Source: the human T2T-CHM13v2.0 reference genome, Homo sapiens. From it: a stretch of 64,000 nt of DNA. The stretch lies in assembly GCF_009914755.1 (NCBI RefSeq), contig NC_060934.1; one strand, written 5' to 3'. Made by a program: the position numbers and the translations under genes. The notes under the pieces are model-generated. The model ran no database searches and had not been told where the DNA came from. It saw nothing but the letters and a program-made list of their open reading frames with translations. Position 1 is the first letter of the stretch; each line of letters starts with the position of its first letter. Below, piece by piece: positions 14,281-28,298 of this stretch.

Positions 14281-14560
14281 TGTGTTAATCCATTTTTGTG
14301 TTACTGTAAAGAAATATGTGAGGCTGGGTAATTTTTTTTATTATTATTATACTTTAAGTTTTAGGAAAGGTTTAATTGTCTCATGGTTCTGCAGGCTGTA
14401 GAGGAAGCATGGCGCTGACATCTGCTTGGCTTCTGGTGAGGCCTCAGGAAGCTCACGATCATGGTGGAAGGCAAAAGAGGAGTCTGTGGGTTACATGGCA
14501 CAAGCCAGGGGGGAGGTGCCACATGCTTTTAAACAACCAGATTTTGCATGAACTCAGTGC
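14281..14560 (-). mobile_element. MST (ERVL-MaLR) LTR, partial
   Basis: TGTGTTAATCCATTTT...GGTTCTGCAGGCTGTAGAGGAAGCATGG...GAGGCCTCAGGAAGCT...TTTTAAACAACCAGAT. Confidence 0.85.
14332..14365 (-). mobile_element. Ultra-short L1PA 3'-terminal remnant inside the MST LTR
   Basis: Reverse complement is CCTAAAACTTAAAGTATAATAATAATAAAAAAAA, identical in its L1 part to the L1PA terminus at 18045-18070. Confidence 0.75.
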
Positions 14561-15174
14561 ATAAATCAACTTGAAAGTATGTCTCTTTCATCCCTGATTA
14601 ATAGCTTGCTTTTGTGCCCTGCAGAGAGTTGTGGATGCCTGACTAGCATTCTGCCTGGGAGGTAAGAGGAGAGCAATGCAATAGGAGGCCATGAGGGAAG
14701 TGACTTGTGGACATCTCGGGCTCTATACACAACCATTCATTTTTGGAAGTGAAAGATAGTTGTGGGAATCTTCACACGTGGTGATCAGTGTCCCAAGAAG
14801 CGATTTAGAAAAGCTGACACAGGGATTAAGTCAGGACCCTTCAGAAGAATTTCAGGTGCAGGACTGGAGTGCACAGAAGCTGGTGATGAGTCTCTTGTAG
14901 AATTAGGATGGCACTTACAGCCACTCTGAAGCTTAGATTTCAGGTGAAGACTGAGATAGTTTCACCTGAAACATTCATTCATTCATGAACCTTATACTTA
15001 TGTCTATCTCTTCTTGGTTTAAGCACACTCTGGTAAGTTGCTTCTATGGAAGAGGCTGAAGGTCCTACCAAATTGTTGCTTCAATAAAATTGGGAGTGAT
15101 CCTGTTTTACAAATCTCTCCCTGATATTTGGCATCTTCCTCCATTGAATAAATTAGCTCCCAGTGTTAGTGGCT

Positions 15175-15730
15175 ATGTTAGTTGAATCAGTTTCACAAAA
15201 ACAAAACAAATAAAAATACCAAAAACCCAACTCTAAGTAGATTGAGAGAAAAGGGGAGGTTTTCGTCTTTTGTAAGTGGTAAGTCCACAGGCTTCAGGCA
15301 TGGATGGATCCAGGGCTCAAATGATGTTTTGAAGCTCCACTTTCTCTCCACCTCTTGGCTCTGTTCTCCTTAGCACATTTCTTCATTCTAAAGGGACATT
15401 CTTCATTTGGAAGAAAAGATAACCCCTGGTGGTCCCACGTCAGCATCTCTAAGTTTGCAATCCAAAAAAAGGAGGATCTGATTTCTTCCAGTACCAATAT
15501 GTACATTCTCAGACAAGATTCTAATCAGCTCTGCTAGGTTCATATCCCCAACTTGGAATCAACTACTAAGGTTAAGAGGTGTCACACTCAGCTAATCATG
15601 GTACAATGCCCACCTCACCTAGAGGTGAATCTTACTCCAAATACATGAAATAGGCTTCCTGTGGGAAGGAGGGGTTCTATTATCAGGTGAAAAGGGGGAA
15701 AGGGATGCTGGACAGATAGAAGTAATGACT
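15175..15730 (-). mobile_element. Old MLT1-type MaLR LTR
   Basis: AAAACCCAACTCTAAGTAG...GGCTTCAGGCATGGATGGATCCAGGGCTCAAATGATG motif. Confidence 0.55.
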
Positions 15731-16565
15731 ATACAACACAGCAGTCAAGCTTGTTTTTTTCTTGGCCTAAAGGATAGTGTTGTGGGCTCTGTTTACACTT
15801 CCTCTTACCATTGTGAAGTTATTTAATTGCTGCAGCTGCATAATTGGCTAAATTGGCTAATGTGCCTCATTCTGTGGCTCCATAACTAGCCTCTATGCCC
15901 TCTTTTTTCTTTCCCCATTCCTGTCCTGTCCCCGTCACCATCCCTGTGTGAGTCACCTCTAACATCTTTCCAGGAGTATACTGCTTTGGGAAGGATAATT
16001 CCTTACTTCTGTCAGAAGAGGATGAGAGCAATTAGCTAAGGAACTCAGGCCAGCATCCATCCAGGCCTCCTTGGAGGATTCTGTGTTCTGTGGGAGGAGA
16101 ATAATCTGGTTAGAGATAATTTAGGAAAGCCAATGGGATGAGGATGGCTCTTGGGTTTGCTGAAAGAGTACTTCCTATCACCAGAATGGAACATTCTGAG
16201 TATCACAGAATGAGGAACTTGTTTGGGGGAGATCCTGTGTTTTGAGGCTCATTGAGCAATGACTCCAGCACTGCACTGGGAGAGGGGAGAATAGAAAGCA
16301 TCATTCTTGCTTATAAGGGATGCTCAATCTACTTGGGAATTCTTGGAATACAGGTGCAAAGCATTGGGGTTCAATGAAAGGCTGCACATAGTTATGTGTA
16401 AACCATATTTTGAGTTAGAAATGCAGAGACAAAGATGAGAGAGGGCTAGAGCAGCCAGGGAAGGCTTCTAGGAGGTGGTCTTGAAGCATGAGTGGGAATT
16501 GACAAGGTAATGGGAAGAGGCATGCCTGATAAAGGAAGTGCTACAAACCAGAGAGGAGAAAATGA

Positions 16566-18098
<1,533 letters not shown>

Positions 18099-19639
18099 AA
18101 TCTAGAATGTACTGACCACAGTCCAAAGTGCAGCATTGTCTTCTTGACTTAGCTATGTTGGAGGCTTTGTCTTTGTTCTACAGCCCTCCAATTTTGGCTC
18201 TGTTTGATTCCATTCGTATCAGATACTGGGTAAATTCCAAGTGATGGTTACTACATACTATGGGAAGTGTAGCTCATCCATGAGGCTAAAAAGCATATAG
18301 TAGAAAGCCACCTAGAGTTCTGGGATGTCCAAGGTTTATTTCTTAGGAATTAAAGAGGCTTTGGGATTTGATTTTTTTTAGTAGAGTTTTGTTTGTTGAA
18401 TGTTAGGTAAGGCACAGGACATAGCAACAGTGGCTGACAATCTGGACAGTACCAAGTTCCCATTATGTACTTGGGAGTTTGGTTTAACAAGCATTTGCAA
18501 AGGCCCTTCCATGTGATTGGGCTAGGCAGTGCAGGTGACACAAAGGTATTTCCTCACCTGCAAGGAGCTTATCATCTAGGAGTGTCTTTAGTGGAGAAGA
18601 AATGGGGTACAATAGCAAACATGATAACTCTATGACCTTGGAAAAACAGCAGAACTTCTTAAGTTTCTTCATCTGTAAATTGGGACTAATACCTGTCCTC
18701 CAGAGTTTTTGCTGGGATTAGAGATAATAGGTGAAATTAGGCTTCTTGGCTCACAATAGGTAATAAATAAGTGTGAGTTATCAATATGACTTAGATGGAA
18801 ATCAGTACAGCATTTTCCACCGACGTGAATTTTGGACGATTGGTCTCCCTTAGAGCATAATAAAGAGGAACCTGAACCTACTTCTTGGTCAGTCTTCACA
18901 TTTCAGAGCACTTTTAATTGAAAATACAAATACATCTGTGTTTCCTGGTCAGCTAATATAACATTGAGAGGAAATCTTCTAAAAGGCTGAGATTTGGGCA
19001 ATCTCAAGTTATAAATTTTGATCAAGGCTAATGAAGTAAATGGCTTTAAAAATGGTTTAATGGTTTAAAAATGAAGTGAAAATGGCTTTTAGGATCTCCT
19101 CACTAACAGTGACTGTACTCTGTCTCAAGTTCCTGGCATAGTTGCCCCATTGGGTATTTAATAAATATTTATTGGGTGCTTATTATGTGCTCAGCACTGT
19201 TCTAAGAATTTAATTTTTTTATTTTTCATAACAGGCATAGAAAGGTTAAGTAATACACCAATGGTCAACCCAGCTGACACTGAGGGAGCTGCATTCAAAT
19301 CCTGGCAGTATGGTCCTTGAATCCAGTTCTCAACCATGAAAATGGATTGCCCATTCCCACAGAGGTCTGCTCCCAGGTGTTGGCTGATGTTATATAAACT
19401 GCAAACCCTCATAAGCATGTTCACATTTTCCTAGGGGACCCTTGAGGATAAGCAAGGCACCAGAAAACAGTCTCATTGGTGAAACGATAGGATATGGGGT
19501 TGTTTAATAGGGCCAAGTTTTTCTCCAGAACACCTGGGGACTGCAAGTGGCAGCTGTTACCCTGGTGGTCTAAGAACTTTCAGGATCCTTCTTAGGCAAA
19601 ATAGTAGTCAATTTCAGGATTCCTAGGGAAGAGTCAGGG

Positions 19640-19920
19640 GCTGCCTTTTAAAGCAGAAAGAGTTTAGAGTTGACAGAGCCAACAGACATCATCTAGCTCA
19701 AGCTTCTGTCTAGTACGAAGTTCATCAAAATTGGCCAGGAAGGCCATGACATCCTTTCTCCACGTGAATACTGCCTCTGGCAGGTGGCTCACTACAGCTG
19801 CCATTCCGTTGCTGGACAGCTCCAGTTGTTAGAAAATTTCTTTCTTGAGTCAAAATCTGCCTCTTTCTAACACCCACCAATATGTTCCAGTTTTCCTGAT
19901 AGAACAAATCTATTTCTTCT
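19640..19920 (-). mobile_element. CR1/L3 fragment
   Basis: GGCTCACTAC...CCATTCCGTTGCTGGACAGCTCCAGTTGTTAGAAAATTTCTTTCTT...AAATCTGCCTC is typical of L3. Confidence 0.6.
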
Positions 19921-19979
19921 GTTGGATGACAAAGTGGTGGGACGAGTGTGTTATTGTTGGCATCTGATGTAGGATTGGC

Positions 19980-21200
19980 AGAAACTCCCTAACTTCCAGC
20001 CACTCTTTCGTCCCACTTAAAGATCAGCACCCCTTCTGACCTCTGTACTTCTCTCTCTAGGGAAGAGAGACTTGTGCCCTGGATCTAGCTCCCCCAACTC
20101 CTGCTTTCCGCAGGAATCTCTATCTACCAGTTATTTCTTTTCTCATCTTTAACCTCTCTCAATTGGCTCAATGCAGTCAGCATTTAAATATATTTAAATA
20201 TTTCCATCTTCACAACAAAAATAAAACTCTCCACAGTGTCTTCAGCCCACTTCTCTTGCTTTTCCTTCTCCTTCACAGCCTAACTTCTGAAACAATTGTA
20301 TCCATTCAGTTTTCCAATTCCTCACCTTCTGGTTTCTCCTCAACCTGCTCCAAACTGGCTTTCCTATCACCCACTCCCTGCAGTGAAATGTCGCCTAAGA
20401 TGTCTTTGTCCTTAAGACCTAGAGACACTTTTCAAGTCTAATCTTATGTGATCTCTGTGTTATGTGACATCATGAACCACTCTTTAGGAAAACATACTCT
20501 TCATTGGGCTTTCCCTGACACACAGTCCTCTGCACCTCCTGTCTTCCAGTCACTCGTTAATCACTTGGAAGACCCATATTCCAAAGTATGAAGTATTAGG
20601 TCCATTGAGATTCTGTCTTGGATTTCTTCTGACTTGGGGTACTCACACTCAGCCACGTGTCTTTGATCACCACCCATGTCTGGCAACTCCGAAGTCACTA
20701 TATTGAGTTGTGTCTCTTGAGTTCCAGATCTATATTCAATGGTCCACATAGCATTTGCAGATGGATATTTCACAAATTTCCCAAACTCTGTACACATAAA
20801 ATTGAATTTGACCTATTTTCCTTCAAATTTGCTCATTTTCTGGTGTTTCTAACCCAGTATTTGGCAGCATCATCCTACCTATTGTTCATCCAGAGACATT
20901 GGGATTATCTTTGATATTTGCTGCTTCTTTTTTCTCTATATAAACTACTTCTTCCTTAGCCACACTTTGCTTATTCTAGTGCCTAAATATTTCTTGAAAC
21001 AACCATCTTCTCTCTGGTTCCTCTGTCACTATTCTTATGTAGTTCATTATATTTTGCCAGGGATAATGCATCAGTCTGTAACTAGTTTCTTGTTTCTTCT
21101 CTCCATTCCTTGCATTGAGGTCAGCATGATCTTTCTAGAGGTCAAATATGTTGCCATTACTCCTCTGCTTAAAACCTCTCAGTGGCCTCTTCTAAGGGTA
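19980..21200 (-). mobile_element. L2 fragment
   Basis: Pyrimidine-rich antisense L2 motifs (CTGGCTTTCCTATCACCCACTCC, ACTCCTCTGCTTAAAACCTCTCAGTGGC). Confidence 0.65.
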
Positions 21201-23699
21201 CAGTTCACATGTTCATGTTGCACGCAGTGATCTGAGGTAGTGGTGGGCTAGGTTGTGGGCACGGATTTTAAATCAAGAGATGGAGTTCAGTCCACTGAGG
21301 TTGGGGAGTGTTGCAGAACATGTGACTATTAAGAGTGGATGTGGTTGTAAAGGCATAAATTGGAACTATATAACTCGAAGATCAGTACTAAAAAGTTGAA
21401 CATGGCAGGAGCCATGGACAGATTAATAAGCCTGGGCTACAGTCACCATTGAGGCAGCACCAGGGACAGCTCCAATGTCTTGGTCCAGTCTTAGCAATTG
21501 CCATCCTTTTATGTGGGAATAGGTTCAGAATTTATTAAAGTCTTAGGGATCTTTGATGCTAGGAAGACAGACTGAAGGATACAATTGACTGATCCATTAA
21601 AGCAAATTCTGATCCTCAAAGAGGTTACATCCTTATCTTTTTAGAACTTTCCAAGGTTTGGGGGAAGACAATGCCATTGTTTTGGGTTGGTGATTTGGGG
21701 TTTGGGAAAGGGAGTATGGGGAATGATTCCTTCTTGTCCTTAGAGTTCATCTCACCAGATTTTTTTTTGTTTCAGACCTCTAATACTTTTATAGTTTTGA
21801 AGGTTAAACATTTGCATACAGCCCTCATGTGGTTCCCTTTTTGTCCCCCTTCATGGCAGTTTCCCCCTGCTCCTGACCCCAAAAAGTGTATTAGCCCCAT
21901 CCTGTACTCCAGTGGATTTTCTTCCTGGTACCATTGTGAATTGCTGAGGAAATATTACAAGCAGATGCTTGAAGTCCCCTCCCCAGAGCTTTCTGAGGGA
22001 CTTGCTCTGTCTAGGGATCTTCAGGAAAGGAAATGGAGGAAAATCACTGAGACGTGTTTTCCTATGTTGCTTTCTTCAGGAAATCACATGGAGCTCTGTT
22101 CCATGGGCAGGCCTTTCATACTTTTTTTTTCTAATCTGTTCTTCCCCTAGATATTAGAATCATTCTTCTGGAAGTTTTCAGGGGAGATGAGAATGGGACT
22201 GGGGAAAAAACTCCAGTTCTAGTCAGCATGAACAATAAATGAGTTTACTGGGAAAACTGCTGACTGCACAGAACTCAGGGACAGATCCCAGATATTTTAG
22301 AGATATTTTAAGGAAAATAAATTCAAATTATAGCATTTTTGTCTCCCAGGCTCAGTCAGAAAATGTATCTCTGCCTCCTGGGGAAAGAAACATTTTTCTT
22401 GCTGGCATGGTAATGGGGAAGATATTATTATCCTTTTAGGTGGGCACAAGAAACTGAGAACTGTTTTTGGGGGTGGGGTGGAAATGGCGAACTCATTTTC
22501 TCAAAGACCAGACTAATTACCTCAAGTCGGCAGGCTGTGGTGGTTCGATTTCTTCAAGACTCTTTATGTTCAAGGGAAGTAAAAGGCATTCATTAGTTCC
22601 ACTCGGATATTTAATAATAGCAAATGCACAGGATGGAAAGTGGGCTAGATTGACTTTATCGTGAAGCTGTCCTCTGAGATGAAAGCCTTGGGAATGCTGT
22701 GGTGAGAGCTGCTGGCTCTTCTCCAGCAGGCAGATGAAGCCAGCCTTGGGGAGGAGAAGAAATTCTTAGAAAACTAGCCAAAGTCTCTGCAAGGCATACA
22801 CTTGGGCTCCAAGCTTAGATCCTGAGCTACCCTATGTTATTAAGAGTGGGAACTAGAGAGAAGTGTTTCATACCCATTGTGCATTAGGTGATGGGGCACG
22901 GGGGGAGTGGGAGGGTGCACATCTGTTAGTTGTGAAGACAACTGGCACCTGACGTCACAGCTTCCTGCAGGGTTGTCTTCATCTAAAAGTTAACTCAAGA
23001 AGTTAACAATTTGTAAGTGAAGGAGTCCAAAGAGGAACCCTAGGAAGAGCTGGAGGGAGGCCCAGACTTACAAAAAAACTTCCATGTTCCATGACACTAC
23101 TAGTGGAAATTTTTATAACTTGAGGAACATTTACCACCAATGTTCTTTGGAAAAATTTCAGCATGATGGTCTACATATTGAGTCGACGCTGGTTGCTTGG
23201 GGCCAGCTGCCTGGCTTTCAAAATTTGGGGATACCAAGAAATTACTCTGAAAATTTGCAGGGGGACGTCAAAGTCAGTCATGATTCTCAGTATGCTCTGA
23301 TAGTTCCATCCATCTCAAGTTTTTCCACATTTGTAAATGGAAACTCCTGATATGGTGAGAGGTAATCTGGAGGTGAAAGGCATGGCTTTGGAATGGGACA
23401 TGGTTTGAGGCTGGGTACCGGTTTTGTCATTTCCTAATAGGGTGAAATGGGGCAGGTAAGCTCTCTGAGTCTCAGTTATTTGCATAGAAAGTGGGAAAAT
23501 GGCCCATATCAAAGCACTACTATAGGGATTCGATGATGAGTATAGAACAGCCAAGGTGGTGCTTAGGAGCTAATGGGTATCTAATAATAACCAGTTGTGT
23601 GAAAAAGAGACTAGAATTTTGGTTTAGTCTCTCCTAAATGCAGCAGTTCTAGGAGGAAGTTACAGCCTATACCTTGTGGTGTGTGTTGATCGGGAGTGT

Positions 23700-23935
23700 A
23701 AGCTCTGAATTCATACATATTTGAGTTCCAGTATCAGCTTCAGCGCTTAGTAGCTGAGTGATCTTGGATAGATCTCTTAACCTCTCTAAATCTCAGTTTT
23801 TCAGTTATAGAATGAGATTAAATACCATGGACATTGCTGAGTTGCTGTGAGAATTAAATAGTATACATAAAGGGTTTTGCAGAGTGTTTTTTTGCCCAAA
23901 GAAAGTGCCCTCAAATTTAACTGGTTAACATTGTT
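23700..23935 (+). mobile_element. MIR (representative; other MIR relics near 7600, 9430, 12940, 18640, 19170, 40800, 41170, 43130, 52350, 55820)
   Basis: MIR core GTGATCTTGGATAGATCTCTTAACCTCTCTAAATCTCAGTTTT...GTTGCTGTGAGAATTAAAT. Confidence 0.75.
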
Positions 23936-24132
23936 ATTGTGTAATTATTACTTAAATGGCTATGTCCTGGGTTAGCTTATCCTAATAAAATGAAGGAAAA
24001 TATGATTTAGCTCTACCAGTTAACTGAATGTCCTTGATACCAGAATGTTTTTATCCCCCTACATTGATGTATGTAGTACTTTCATCTACTTAAATCTTAG
24101 CAAGAACTTAATGTTTTCTAGGCTTCAAATTT

Positions 24133-24790
24133 ATTTATTTATTTTTATAATTTATTTTAGATCCAGGGGGTACATGTGCAGGTGTGTTATATGGGTATAT
24201 TGCATGATGCTGGGGTTTGGGGTATGATTGATTCCGTCACCCAGGTAGTGAGCATAGTACCCAATAATTAGTTTTCAAGTCTTGTCCTCCTCTCTACCTT
24301 CCCCTTTTAGCAGTTCCCAGTGTGTATTGCTGCCCTCTTTATGTTCATGAGTACCCAATGATTAGCTCCCACTTATGAGTGAGTACATGCAGTATTTAGT
24401 TTTCTGTTCCTGTGTTTGTTTGCTTAGGACAGTGGCCTCCAGCTGCATTCATGTTGCTGCAAAGAACATGATTTTGTTCTTTTTATGGCTGCATAACATT
24501 CTATGGTGTATATATGCCACATTTTCTTTATCCAATCCACCATTGATGAGCAACCAGGTTGATTCCATGTCTTTGTTATTGTGAATAGTGCTGTGATGAA
24601 TGTAGAAATGCTTGTGTCTTTTTGGTAAAACCATGTATCTTCCTTTGAATATATACCCAGTAATGGAATTGGTGGGTTAAATGGTAGTTGTGTTTTAAGT
24701 TATTTTAGCAATCTCCAAACTGATTTCCATAGTGGCTGAGCTAATTTACATTCCCACCCACAGTGTATAAGTGTTCCCTTTTCTCCACAT
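24133..24790 (-). mobile_element. Older L1PA (L1PA13-16/L1PB-like) 3' end
   Basis: Antisense 3' UTR and ORF2 end (GGGGGTACATGTGCAGG...TTTCCATAGTGGCTGAGCTAATTTACATTCCCACC). Degenerate TSD AGGCTTCAAATTT / AGACCTCAAATTT. Confidence 0.9.
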
Positions 24791-25745
24791 AGACCTCAAA
24801 TTTGGCAAATGTTTTTTGTTAAGTGCACTTGCTAACTCAGCTAGTTTTATCTGGGTGGACCGGCTAGTTTTATCAATTAGCATAGCTCCTTATTGAATGG
24901 CAATACCCTGATACTACATTTAGCAATGATTCTGTCCCTGAAGGAGCAAGGAAGGAATAAATGAACTCAATTGGCATTAGTGTTGGTAAGTCCTAGCCTT
25001 CAGTTACTGTTCCTAGAGTTTGGGGCCCAGGGATCATTGGGTCATAATTGAGTTAACCTGAGAATTAAAGCAAAAGCCAGAGGAGTTGGAGCACAGGGTC
25101 TAGAGAACCCTATGGAAAGAAGCTAAGCTCTTACTTGGTACTTTACCATTTAATTCCCTAAGGGTCAGAAGGGTGTTGGGTTTCTGTCTCTGGTATCCTG
25201 AGAAGGTTTCCCCCAGTGCTAAGGCTGTCCCTCCAGGAACGGGCAGAAACAGATGTAGTGATTTACCTTGGCCTGCCCTGGGTCACATTTGGACAACCAA
25301 AGAAAAGTTGTTACTTCTGCTCCCAGCCCAAAGGTGAGTGCCTATTTGAGCCTTGTTGGAGAGGGAAAATAGCTGATGGGCTTCCTGTCTTGTAACTAAG
25401 TTATCTACTCTCAAGGAATTCAACACATGCTTGGGCATCTACTATTGTTAATAGTGCTCCCCAGCTATGGATACCCAGAATAAGGGTGTCTTCCAGTCTC
25501 TATCCCGGGAGGCCATTTGATCCTTGTGTTGTTTTCTAGAGGTTTTGAATTCCAGAGTGGAGCTTGCTTAAGCCCTATGACCTCTAATGCTTCTGCCCTC
25601 TGGTAAAAAATCTGGAGCCAATCAAGTTTGCCAAATGTTGATAGGTAAGAATATATTTGGATGGTCCCCTTTCTCTTCTACATTATCTTCTTAGACAAGG
25701 CACATTTGAAGCAATGACTCCTAAGTGGTGATCCATAAAATATTA

Positions 25746-28298
25746 CAGGCATACCTCAGAGGTACTGTGGGTTCAGTTCCAGAACACTGCAATAAAGCGA
25801 ATATTGCAAAAAAGAAAGTCACACATTTTTTTGGTTTCCCAGTGCCCATAAAGGTTATTTTTACATGACACCGTAGTCCATTAAGTGTGCAATAGCATTT
25901 GTACATAAATATACATACATTAATTTAAAAATGTTGCTAAAACATGCTAGCAGTTATCTGAAACTTGGAGTCAATAATCTTTTTGCTGGTGGAAGGTCTT
26001 GCCTCGATGTTGATAATTGCTGACTGGTGGTGGTTGCTGAAGGCTGAGGTGGCTCTGGCATTTCCTAAAAGAAGACCACAATGATGTTTGCCACATGGAT
26101 TGACTCTTCATTCCACAAAAGATTTATCTGTAGCATGTGATGCTATTTGATAGCATTTGACCAACAGTAAAACTTCTTTCAAAATTAGAGCCAGTCCTCT
26201 CAAACCCTGCTGCAGCTTTGTCAATTAAGTTCATATAATATTCATATAAATCCTTTGTGGTCATTTTGACAATGTTCACAGCATCTTCACCAGGAGTAAA
26301 TCCCATCTCAAACCAGTTTCTTTGCTGATTCATAAGAAGCAACTCCTCATTCATTCAAGTTTGATCACAAGATTGCAGCAATTCAGTCATATCCTCAGGC
26401 CCTACTTCTAACTCCAGTTCTGTTTCTCTTTCCACCACATCTGAGGTTACTTCCTCCACAGAAGTCTTGAATCCCTCAAAGTCACCCATGAGGATTGAAA
26501 TCAACTTCTTTCAAACTTCTGGTAATGTTGATATTTTGACTTCCTCTTATGAATCATGAATGTTTTTTAAATGGAATCTACAATAGTGAACCCTTTCCAG
26601 ATGGTTTTCAATTTACTTTTCCCAAATCCATCAGAAGAAACACTATCTATTGCAGTGATAGCCTTACCAAATGCATTTTTAAAATAATAAAGCTTGAAAG
26701 TAAAAATTACTCTTTGATCCAATGACTGCAGAATAGATATTGTGTTAGCAGGCATGAAAACAACATTAATTTCCTTGTATGTCTCCATCAGAGCTCTTGG
26801 GTGACCAGGTGCATTGCCAATGAGTAGTAATATTTTGAAAGGAATCATTTATTCTGTGAGCAGAAGGTCTCAATGGTGGACTTAAAGTATCTAGTACACC
26901 ATGCTGTCAACAGATGCATTGCCATCCAGGCTTTATTGTTCCATTTATGGAGAACAGACAGAGGAGATTTAGCATAATTCTCATGGGCCCTAGGATTTTT
27001 GAAATGGTAAATGAGCATTGGCTTCCACTTTAAGTCACCAGCTGGATTAGCCCCTAACAAGAGAGTCAGCTTGTCTTTGGGAGATTTGAAGCCAGGCCTT
27101 GACTTCTCCTCTCTAACTAGGAAAGTCCTAGATGGCATCTTCTTCTGATAATTTGTTTTGTCTACATTGAACATCTGTTTAGTGTAGCTACCTTGATAAA
27201 TTATCTTACCTAGATTTTCTGAATAACTTGCTGTGGCTTCTGTATTGGCACCTGCTGCTTCGCCTTGCACTTCTATGGTATGAAGATGGCTTCTTTCCTT
27301 TAACCCTATAAACCAACCTCTGCTAGCTTCCAACTATTCTTCTGTAGCTTCCTCATCTCTCTGTCTTCACAGAATTAGAGAGTTAGGGTCTTACTCTGGA
27401 TTAGGCTTCTGGCTTGAAGAAATGTGAAACTCTGTTAACAATTAAAGTCTAAAACTTTCTCTTCATCGCCAATAAGGCTGTTTGGCTTTCTCATCATTTG
27501 TGTATTCACTGGCATAGTACTTTTAATTTCCTTCAATAAATTTTCCTTTGCATTCACAACTTGGCTGACTGTTTGGCACAAGAGGTCTAGCTTTTGACTC
27601 AGCCCTTCCTCACTAAGGAAGTCCTATGAATTCTCAATGCTTCTGCCCTTTAGTAAAAAATCTGGAGCCAATCAAGTTTGCCAAATGATGAGGGGTAAGA
27701 ATTTATTTGGATGGCCCTTCTTTCTCTTCTACATTATCCTCTTAGACAAGGCACACTTGAAGCAAGGATTCCCAAGCTTGGCTTTTCACATGCTTTCCTC
27801 ACTAGGCTGAATAATTTATAGCTTTTGACTTAAAGAGAGAAGTGTGATTCTTCCTTTCACTTGCACACTTAGAGGCCATTGAAGGGTTAGTAATCAGCCT
27901 CATTTCAATATCGTTTAGATTCAGGGAATAGGGAGGCCCAAAGAGAGGGAGAGAGATGGGTGCATGGCCCATTGGTGGGACTGTCAGAACACACACAACG
28001 TTTATTGATTAAGTCGCCATCTTATATGAAGCGATTTGTTGTGCCCCAAACAATTACAATACTAACATCAAAGATCACTGGTCACAGATCACTGTAACCG
28101 ATATAATAATTAAAATGTTTGAAATATTGTAACAATTACCAAAATGTGACACACAGACAGCAAGTGAGTGCATGCTGTTGGAAAAATGGCACCAATGGAC
28201 TTGTTCAACCCATAGTAGCACAAACCTTCAGTTTGTAAAAAACAAAACATTATCTGCAGAGATAATGTAGTAAATAGCAATAAAATGAGGCATTCCTA
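25746..28298 (-). mobile_element. Full-length Tigger1 (TcMar-pogo DNA transposon), decayed
   Basis: TIR CAGGCATACCTC at 25746 and degenerate GCAATAAAATGAGGCATTCCTA ending at 28298, with TA on both sides. Transposase-like peptides on the minus strand. Confidence 0.93.
26124..27850 (-). pseudogene. Tigger1 pogo-family DDE transposase pseudogene
   Basis: Frameshifted ORFs: EASRGWF...FNVDKT...[20 protein letters not shown] (26845-27333), [13 protein letters not shown]...[16 protein letters not shown] (26567-26848), and 26124-26354. Confidence 0.9.

Noticed and set aside
13479-14401. 161-aa and 141-aa ORFs as novel genes
   Set aside because: No recognisable domain. They run into MER5A and MST repeats, and their lengths are compatible with chance.
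14938-14971. 11-bp inverted repeat TTTCAGGTGAA...TTCACCTGAAA as terminator or RNA hairpin
   Set aside because: Short and without supporting context; intrinsic terminators are irrelevant in this genome.
21671-22150. 159-aa ORF
   Set aside because: No recognisable similarity or exon signals; likely random.
26124-27333. Domesticated TIGD-like transposase gene
   Set aside because: Multiple frameshifts, degraded catalytic motifs and an internal insertion indicate neutral decay.
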